32,000 nt of DNA from Vibrio alginolyticus NBRC 15630 = ATCC 17749 (GTDB taxonomy: Bacteria > Pseudomonadota > Gammaproteobacteria > Enterobacterales > Vibrionaceae), in the NCBI RefSeq assembly GCF_000354175.2, contig NC_022359.1, positions 1,650,001 to 1,682,000 of the forward strand, given 5' to 3'. Of this stretch, positions 9,356-18,300 are shown one piece after another; positions within the stretch are counted from its first letter, which is position 1; the number at the start of each line of letters is the position of its first letter. The notes beneath the pieces were generated by a model. It was not told where the DNA came from and searched no databases. It saw only the letters and a list, made by a program, of their open reading frames with translations. The position numbers were made by a program, and so were the translations under genes.

Positions 9356-9401
9356 CTATTTGGTTAGCGTTCAAAAGTAGATGAACAGACGTAAATCTTA
9401 T

Positions 9402-11402
9402 CTACGCCGTTTTAAAAGTTGCCATCTGTTGATTCAGCTCGGTAACTTGCTCTTTTACTTGCAATGATGTCTCTGATGCGCGTTGGCTGTTATTCGAAAC
9501 CTCATCCACTGATTGAGTAATACCAGACATCAATCCAGTGATCGAATTGGTCGCATGAGATTGCTGCTCTGCCGCTGCCGCAAGTTCTGCCATTTGTTCA
9601 TTCAAAGAACCAATTTGCTCGGTCGTGACAAGCAAACGAGTTACCGCTTTTTCAATGTGCTCAGCGCCCTGCTCCGCAAGTGATTGGCTGTGTTCAATCT
9701 CCTCAACCACCGAATTGGTCGAGCGTTGAATCGCGTTGATAATGCCGTTGATTTCCGTCGTCGATTGAGTAGTGCGAGTCGCTAACATACGCACTTCGTC
9801 CGCCACAACCGCAAAGCCTCGCCCTTGGTCACCTGCGCGCGCTGCTTCTATCGCGGCATTCAATGCCAGTAAGTTAGTTTGCTCTGCCAAACCTTCAATC
9901 ACTTCCGTCACTCGACCAATGGCTTCGCTCTCTTTGCTTAACTGCGTCACTTGCGTGCTCGCGGTTTCAATGCTGCCATGTAAGCTTTCCATGGTGACTT
10001 TGTTTTGCTCTAGTGCATCGCGACCTTGTTCAATCTCGCCTTTTGAATCAGAAAGCTTCTGCACCGATTGATTGGCTTGATCTAGAGTGTTACGCGCGGC
10101 TAAAGCGATTTCATCCAATTGGCTTCCCATTTCAACAATGCTGGCCTGTTGCTTTTCTACATTCGATGAGGTGACTTGCGCCGATTCCAACAAAGCCCCC
10201 ATGCTAGTATCCACTTGGTGCGCTTTCTCGCTCACCCCAGCCACGATGCTCGCTAACGATTGGTTCATGCGGTTAATCGAATCGGTAAGGTCTGCCAATT
10301 CATCTTTCCCAACAACAGTTAACGGAGGCTGAGAAACATCTCCTGAAGCGATCGTCTTTGCACGCTCCGATAAGTTTTTCACTCGGCGACCAATGGTATT
10401 GCCCATGTATTTTGAAATCGCTACTGCGGCAATCAAAACCAATGCCGCAGCAATCAACATAGTGGTGAGTACGTTCTTGATCGACTGATTAATACCCTGT
10501 CCACTTTGATCAGCACGACTTTGCTGAGCCAATACGATCGTTTCTAAGCTTTGGTCTAGTGCATCCGCTGCTGGCAACAGTTCGTTCGCCATCAGCAAGT
10601 TTGATTCGTTCCACTCTGGCGATTGACGCAATGCAATTACCTGCTCTGCTAAAGGAAAGTACAGCTGCTGCATTTCCTTAAACAGGGACCACAATGATTG
10701 GTCGTTATCAGTCAGTCTGTCGAGTTTACTGTCGATTTCCGCCACGGACTGATTGTGGTACTTAATCAAGTCGTGGTATTTGTCCAGATGATCTTGCTGG
10801 CCGTACAACAGGAAATCTCGCAAAGCAGACAGTGCATTGGCGAGGGAGGTATAACTGTCGGCATAGACTTTAAACAGACGTTTTCTGTCTCCACCAAATG
10901 GGTTTCCTGACTCTTCATTGATTAAGCTTTGAAGCTGATCAAGTGCCACTTCTGCAATGGGTGCCGCTTCGTTAATAAAGAGGTTGTGCGCGGGCAAGTT
11001 CTCGTCACTGTGGCTGAGTTCAATCAACTTGTTTAAAGAGACTTTTACCGCGTCCCACTGACTTTGAATCGCTTGAAAATCCTGTTCAGAGATCAAAGCC
11101 TGCAGCGTCGGAAGCGACTCGTCTGTTGACGCCATGATATTGCGTACGTCCTCACTCAGACGTGCGCTCGCCTCTTCATCCCCACCTAGCAACATGTAGG
11201 CTCGAATAGAAGACAGCGACGCTTGAACGGACTGTTGGATACCGCGACTGGTGTCTACGGTCGGTAAATCGGATTTAAGTAACGAAGAGGCGTATTGCTC
11301 TACGGTGGTGACGTTGCGATACGTGAATACCGCTGATGCCATAAAAAGTACGGCTAGCAGCACAAAACTGAGCTGCAACTTCCCTGATATCGTAAGGTTC
11401 AT
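9402..11402 (-). CDS. methyl-accepting chemotaxis protein with a large helical periplasmic sensor domain
   Basis: 666 aa. Two TM segments flank a ~280-aa helix-rich periplasmic region, followed by a HAMP region. The conserved signalling hairpin is [43 protein letters not shown] lies 7 nt upstream. Confidence 0.92.
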   Translation of the reverse strand: MNLTISGKLQLSFVLLAVLFMASAVFTYRNVTTVEQYASSLLKSDLPTVDTSRGIQQSVQASLSSIRAYMLLGGDEEASARLSEDVRNIMASTDESLPTLQALISEQDFQAIQSQWDAVKVSLNKLIELSHSDENLPAHNLFINEAAPIAEVALDQLQSLINEESGNPFGGDRKRLFKVYADSYTSLANALSALRDFLLYGQQDHLDKYHDLIKYHNQSVAEIDSKLDRLTDNDQSLWSLFKEMQQLYFPLAEQVIALRQSPEWNESNLLMANELLPAADALDQSLETIVLAQQSRADQSGQGINQSIKNVLTTMLIAAALVLIAAVAISKYMGNTIGRRVKNLSERAKTIASGDVSQPPLTVVGKDELADLTDSINRMNQSLASIVAGVSEKAHQVDTSMGALLESAQVTSSNVEKQQASIVEMGSQLDEIALAARNTLDQANQSVQKLSDSKGEIEQGRDALEQNKVTMESLHGSIETASTQVTQLSKESEAIGRVTEVIEGLAEQTNLLALNAAIEAARAGDQGRGFAVVADEVRMLATRTTQSTTEINGIINAIQRSTNSVVEEIEHSQSLAEQGAEHIEKAVTRLLVTTEQIGSLNEQMAELAAAAEQQSHATNSITGLMSGITQSVDEVSNNSQRASETSLQVKEQVTELNQQMATFKTA

Positions 11403-11523
11403 CCATAAACTCCTGACAACGATGAGCCTTAAATATAACGATGTTTACAAAAATGTTAAATACAGGTATCAAAAGTTACTAAGAAAACCATGTAAACGAC
11501 TATTTCAAGCTAAGAAATGGGAC

Positions 11524-11877
11524 TTATTCGAAGTATGGTATGCGCTCACTACGTAAAATCAGATAATTAACGTAAGTGGTTTCTAAGCAGTCTTGCTCCC
11601 ACAACGAAAGAATCCGCTTGGTGGCGAAGTAGTAATCTTTGTTACGCAGTAGCACGCCCACCGTACGGCTGAGCTGCTCAAAGCGCTGCTGCTCATTAGC
11701 AGAAATGTAATTGTCTTCATTCTGAATGATGGGCGCCAATCCATCGGCAAACCAATTGTTCAGAATTTCACGCATCTCAAGTTCCGATTCTGGCACATCG
11801 ATACTCGACAACTCACGATGCTGTGGTGGTGGCACTATGTACTTCGATGCTTTTGGCGAACTGACATAACGGTACAT
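11524..11877 (-). CDS. hypothetical protein, 117 aa (possibly DUF3802-like; unverified)
   Basis: Very strong SD (AAGGAGGAG) 5 nt upstream of the ATG. Contains an ..YYFATKRIL.. segment. I loosely recall a ~110-aa Vibrio family with a conserved FAT motif but cannot confirm it. Confidence 0.55.
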   Translation of the reverse strand: MYRYVSSPKASKYIVPPPQHRELSSIDVPESELEMREILNNWFADGLAPIIQNEDNYISANEQQRFEQLSRTVGVLLRNKDYYFATKRILSLWEQDCLETTYVNYLILRSERIPYFE

Positions 11878-11901
11878 GTCGCTCCTCCTTATAAATGACT
11901 C

Positions 11902-12170
11902 TTATACCCAAGTGACTTCAAGATGCAAGATTCAGAGCGTTGTCATTGATTCGGGGTCAAGGAAAACAACGCAGCGTAATAGTCAGCTCTTTCCAAGTTG
12001 TTTGACACAGAAGCCGAGTCAATGACACGCTCCCGAAGGGCGAGCTGTCTTGGTTTGTATACTTTGTTGTCGATTCTTGATTTAGACCCACTAGACCTTT
12101 AAATCGCCGCCGCGTCTACAAACCAAGCCATTCTCGCTGAACCTAACATCTCGAGGTTACTTGGGTATAA
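11902..12170. repeat. 269-bp element with 24-bp terminal inverted repeats and two internal long hairpins (MITE-like or structured RNA)
   Basis: The outer arms are ttatacccaagtgacttcaagatg (11902-11925) and catctcgaggttacttgggtataa (12147-12170), with 21/24 bases complementary. Inner stem A pairs 11935-11954 with 12014-12032: 18 Watson-Crick pairs, 1 G-U and 1 bulge. Inner stem B pairs 12040-12059 with 12117-12137: gcgag...ttggtttgta against tacaaaccaa...ctcgc. Confidence 0.6.
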
Positions 12171-12234
12171 ACTAGCTAAGAATACTTTTTTCAATTTCCA
12201 AGTTTTTTTTCTACAGCTCATAGAAAGAAACCCA

Positions 12235-12270
12235 ACAAAAAAGCCATGCAAAGTAGGCCCTGCATGGCTT
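12235..12270 (-). terminator. rho-independent terminator of the giant gene
   Basis: aagccatgca / tgcatggctt 10-bp stem (12241-12250 / 12261-12270), followed on the minus strand by TTTTGTTGGGTTT. A second small hairpin gggcag...ctgccc lies at 12277-12296. Confidence 0.8.
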
Positions 12271-12310
12271 GGGTTTGGGCAGCAATGACACTGCCCTCGT
12301 CTAGGACTGG

Positions 12311-15300
12311 TTACATTGAGCTTTGATCGAAATCGTTGCCTTGGTCAGTACCTGTTTGAGTATCCGAGTCGAAGCTGCCAGAGTCATCCGTGAAGTCAAC
12401 ACCTTGATCTTGACCTCCCGCACTTGTCCAGTCGCTGCCGCCAGATTCCATACCCGCCATGTCTGGTTGCTGATCTTGAGCAGAACCTTGCATGGTGTAT
12501 TGATCATCGACTTCAACTTCAACTGTGCCACTCGCACCTTCTACTGCGCTGCCCAACTCATCGTAACCTTGGAATTGGATTTCGCTCGTACCTTCGTAAC
12601 CTTGTGGTAAGTCAACCGATACTGGTTGGTTCAGGTTGCCACTTAATGTGAAGCTGCCATCGCCATTATCCAGTGCGTTGCTTACTGATGCACCATCAGG
12701 TAGACCGGACATTTCTGCATAATCCACCGATTCGTTACCACTGACCTCATCTGGAACCGAGATAGAAATGGTATCGCCTGGTGCTGCAGTCACATCAGCT
12801 GCGCTCTCCTCTTCACTGTCTGCACCGTTTGCTGCTTGCTCTTCAGGTTGTTGCGCTTCGCCAACTTGCTGCTCTGCTGATGCTTGAGCAGTTTGGATTT
12901 GTGGCTCGTCGCTTTGCGCTGAATCGTCCGCAACTTGGATGCTCAGATTCTGAGTCGATACTTCACCGTTATCGTTGACCTGAACATCCATAGCCAAATT
13001 GCCATCGAAGTCATCGTTCGGCCAATATGTCCACTCTTCATCACCTGATTTCGCGAAGAAACCAGCATCGTTTGCATCGGCGACATCCAACACTTCTGCT
13101 GAAGGGCTAATGCCAAGCTCATCAATCAACTGTGCTTCCGTTAGTGTTAGTGAACCATCATCAGCGAGTGCGTAGCCTTCGCTGGTAGTAGTTTCACCTT
13201 CACCTTGGATGTCGACATTAAAGAAGCTCTCAATGCGGTTTTCACCGTCAGTTGCAATGAAGCCAACTTGAACATCTCCGGTGTAGCCTTCTGCTGGTGT
13301 GAATTGGTAGTTACCTTGGTTATCGGTCTCTATCACACCTTGACCTTCCATTAGGCTCACTGACTCAATGCTCAAGCTGTCGCCTTCTGCATCGCTCAAG
13401 GTCGATAGCATGTCATCATTGGTGAACGACAAGGAGCCATCCGCTGCCATTTCTGTGGTAGAAATGCTGTCGATTTCTGGTGAAGCATTCTCTTGTGGTG
13501 CGTCTTCTTTCACGACCACGCCTGTTTGCTCATCATGAAGCACACCGTCTTTATCAATCACGTAAGCGATATCCGCTTCACCAGTAAAGCCTGGTGCTGG
13601 ATTGAATGTCCATGTGCCATCACCGTTATCGACAATCTCACCTTGGCTGCGATCAGCTAGGTGAACGAATTTCACTTCATCACCCGCGTCAGCGTCTACG
13701 TTTTCTGCCAATCCGATTAGGTCATCAGCGGTTAGGAGAACGGGTTCACCCGCTAGGGTTTCGAAGTCACCTGAATCGATGCCATCTTCGAACTCTTCTG
13801 GCTCGTCACCATAATCCACCGTTGTTGCGGTCACGGTTACGAAGAACTCGCCATTAAAGTCAGCCGGAGGCGTCATTTGCAGGTCTGAAATATCCCACTC
13901 GTTCAAATCGATGTATTGACCCGGTTCCGTAATGGTAATGGTGTTCACACCATCCGTAACTTCGAAGCCAACAGGGAAACCAGTCATCACTAGGTTACTT
14001 AACGTTTCTGAGTCGTCGATTAGACCGACATTCAAGCCTAGGTGACCCGTTTCGTCCTCACCGAAGACTAACGGACCATCATGGTCGGTTGTGATGACCG
14101 CGCCATCCGCAACAGGGCGAACAAACACTGGTACATCAAGTACCGTCTCAAACTCACCGTCACTTACCACAACTTGTAAGTCAGAAACCCCTGCAAAATC
14201 GCCAGTCGGTGTGAATGTCCAAGTACCGTCACCGTTGTCTGTTACCTCACCACCATCTTCACCTTCTGCGGTGATAATGCGTGATACGACTAGGTTTTCA
14301 GTGTCGATATCGCCGAACAAGTTCATCAGGTCGCCAGCGTCGAAGGTGAATGCGCCATCCTCGTCGGTTGCCATAAAGGCATTACCCACATTGAATGGAG
14401 CATCGTTGACTGGAATGACATCCACATTCAACGAGCCTTCAACCACTTCTTCACCATCTGTCGCGGTGTAGCCCAGTTCCACCAAACCATTGAAGTCTTG
14501 AGTGGTTACCAAGTGGTACATACCATCTGGCTGCTGAGTTAATGTCGCGTTTGCAGGCGCACGAACCGTGATGCTTTCTACGCTGATTTCGTCCCCATCA
14601 AGATCCGTAACTTGATCAGCGATGTAAGCTGGGTCAATCACCATGACCACATCTTCTTCGCCTTGCATCTGGATGGTTGGCGCTTCTGGTGCATCGTTAA
14701 CCGCTTCGATGTTTAGATTGCCTTCAACCGGCGTAACTAAATCACCATCGCTGACACCGAACGACATTGGCACATCGCCATTGAAGTTCTCAGCTGGAGT
14801 GAATGACCAAGTACCATCACCGTTGTCTAGCAAGTCACCGTATTGCTCATCAATCACTAGGTCGACAGCAGACAGTTCGTCATAGGTGTTGTCGATGTCT
14901 GTCGCGTTAGCAAGCAACATGTCCTGCGTGATAAGAATGGTGGTATCTTCGGTGCCAGCAATATTCACTGGCGTTGATTGCGGCGCATCGTTAATTGGGT
15001 TCACCGTTAGGTCAACGCCCACTTCCACGCTCGCACCATCGTTATCAATCAAGTCGAAACTTAGGTCGATATCACCATTGAAGTTCGCATCAGGCGTAAT
15101 CGTGAAGCTACCATCTTGGTTCTCAACAACGGTCGCATTGGCTACCGCGGTTAAGTTCACCGCTTCTAGATTATCGCTGTCTACATCACCCGCTTGAGCC
15201 AGTAGCTGTTCTTGACTCAATGTGATTGAACCGTCTTCATCGACGCTGTAAGCCAAGTCGCCAGATACCGGAGCATCGTTGACTGGCAATACATCGATGT

Positions 15301-18300
15301 TCGCGTTGGTTGTCGCAGTTGCACCGTCTTCATCAGCGACGACTACGTCTAGGCTTACGCCACCATTGAAGTTTTCATTTGGTGCGAAGCTATAAGTACC
15401 ATCATCATTCGCAGTTAGAATGCCGTCGCTACCACTGTAAGAGACGCTTTCTAGGCTCACGTCGCCTTCCACATCGCTTGATTGCGCTAGCAGTTGCTCT
15501 TCCGTGAAGATAATGACTTCGTCTTCATTGACAGAGTAACTTGTCGCACCTGCGATTGGTGGATCGTTCACCTCAAGTACTGTGATACCCGCAGTGGTTG
15601 AGTCTGTCGCACCCTCTTCATCGACAACTACAACGTCTAGGCTGACCTCGCCATTGAAGTTCTCGTTTGGAGAGAAGGTGTACGTACCATCACCATTGTC
15701 TTGGAACACGCCATCTGCGCCGCTGTAGCTGACACTATCAATCGCGACTTCGCCTTCGACGTCAGATGAGTTAGCCAATAACTGCTCGTTACTGATGGTG
15801 ATCGAATTGTCTTCATGCACTGTGTAAGACGTGCTGCCCGCAACTGGTGGATCGTTCTCTGGCGTAACTGTTACATCGATATTTGCCGTCACGGTATCCG
15901 CGCCATCGGAAACATCGAAAGTGAAGTTCACATCGCCATTGAAGTTCTCATTCGGTGCGAAGCTGTAAGTGCCGTCACCATTGTCGGTGAGAACACCGTC
16001 TGCACCTGTGTAAGTCACGCCTTCAACCGATAGGTCATCGCCATCGATATCTGTTGCGCCATCAAGCAGATCTTCATCAGTGAACAACAAGACGCCATCT
16101 TCACCAATGGTGAACGCTTGATCTTCTGGCTGTGGTAGGTCGTTAACTGGATTAACCGTTAGATCTGCCGTTGCGACCAAGGTGTCAGAACCATCACTGA
16201 TATCAAACGTGATATCAATGTCACCATTGAAGTTCGCATCTGGCGTGATGGTGAAGCTGCCATCGTCGTTAGCAGTCACTGTCGCATTACCATCTACAAG
16301 CAAGTTTTCAGCAACAAGGTCATCGCCATCCACATCGCTAGCTTGAGATAACAATTGCTCTTGGCTCAATGTAATGGTGTTATCTTCATCTACGTTGTAA
16401 GCCAAGTTGCCCGATACTGGCGCGTCGTTGATTGGCAATACATCCACTGTGATATAGGTATCGACTTCTGCGCCATCTTCATCACGAATAGTCACGTCCA
16501 ACGATACTTGACCATTGAAGTTCTCATTCGGTGCGAAGCTACAAGTGCCATCGCCATTTACTGAGAAGATGCCATCTGGACCGTCGTAGCTGATGCTTAC
16601 AAGCTCAACATCCCCCTCGACATCCGAAGCATTCAGAAGCACTTGTGATTCACTGAACGTTAGAACTTGGTCTTCATCGATGGTGTACGCAGTTGGACCT
16701 GCGATTGGCGGATCGTTCACCTCAAGTACCGTGATACCTGCGGTAGTTGAATCCGTCGCGCCATCTTCGTCGACTACGACAACATCTAGACTCACTTCGC
16801 CATTGAAGTTCTCGTTTGGCGAGAAGGTGTACGTGCCATCACCGTTGATTTCCAGCACACCATCGTTACCGCTGTAGCTCACGCTATCAATCGATACATC
16901 ACCTTCAATATCCGATGAGTTCGCTAGTAGCTGTTCGTCACTGATGGTGATCGAGTTATCTTCATGCACTGTGTAAGACGTGCTACCCGCAACCGGTGGA
17001 TCGTTCTCTGGCGTCACACTCACATCGATATTCGCGGTCACGGTGTCCGTGCCATCAGAAACATCGAAGGTAAAGTTCACATCACCATTGAAGTTCTCAT
17101 TCGGTGCGAAGCTGTACGTGCCATCGCCATTGTCGGTGAGAACACCGTCTGCACCTGTGTAAGTGACACCTTCAACCGATAGGTCATCGCCATCGATATC
17201 CGTTGCGCCATCGAGCAGATCTTGGTCAGTGAAGGTCAACACACCATCTTCACCAATAGTGAACGCTTGATCTTCTGGCTGCGGTAAGTCATTAACTGGG
17301 TTAACCGTTAGGTCCGCCGTTGCAACGATAGTATCGCTGCCATCGTTGATATCGAACGTGATATCAATGTCGCCATTGAAGTTCGCGTCAGGCGTAATGG
17401 TAAAGCTGCCATCGTCATTAGCCGTAACCGTCGCATCACCGTCAACCACTAGGTTAGATGCAGTTAGTGCATCACCTTCTACATCCGTTGCTTGTGCCAA
17501 CAATTGTTCTTGGCTTAGGGTGATTGAGTTGTCTTCGTCGACACTGTAAGCCAAGTCACCCGATACCGGAGCATCATTGATTGGCAGAACATCAATGTTT
17601 GCCGTCGTCGAAGCGGTCGCACCATCTTCGTCCACGACTACAACATCAAGATTCACTTCACCATTGAAATTTGGGTTTGGTGCAAAGCTGAACGTACCAT
17701 CACCATTGTCGGTAAAGATACCTTCACTGCCACTGTAGCTCACGCTATCTAGTGCTACCTCACCTTCAATATCGGAAGAGTTTGCCAACAACTGTTCTGC
17801 ACTGATGGTGATGACTTCATCTTCATCAATGGTGTAACTGGTTGTGCCTGCGATTGGTGGATCGTTCACCTCAAGAACGGTAATACCCGCTGTTGTTGTA
17901 TCAACCGCGCCGTCCTCGTCAACCACGACAACATCTAGGCTAACATCGCCTGTAAAGTTTTCGTTTGGTGAGAAGGTGTAAGTACCATCGCCATTAATTT
18001 CTAGCACACCGTCGTTACCGCTGTAGCTCACGCTGCTGATCGCAACATCACCCTCGATATCAGACGAATTAGCCAGTAGTTGCTCATCACTAATGGTGAT
18101 CGAGTTGTCTTCATGCACAGTGTAAGACGTGCTGCCCGCAACTGGTGGATCGTTCTCTGGCGTCACACTCACATCAATGTTGGCAGAGGTCGTATCCGTA
18201 CCATCTGACACATCGAACGTAAAGTTCACATCGCCATTGAAGTTCTCATTCGGTGCGAAGCTGTACGTGCCATCGCCATTGTCGGTTAGGACACCGTCCG

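Noticed and set aside
11403-11523. Possible sigma-28 (flagellar/chemotaxis) promoter upstream of the MCP gene: TAAA-N16-GCTCATCG on the minus strand.
   Set aside because: Only about 4/8 matches to the GCCGATAA -10 element and non-optimal spacing. This is too weak to call.
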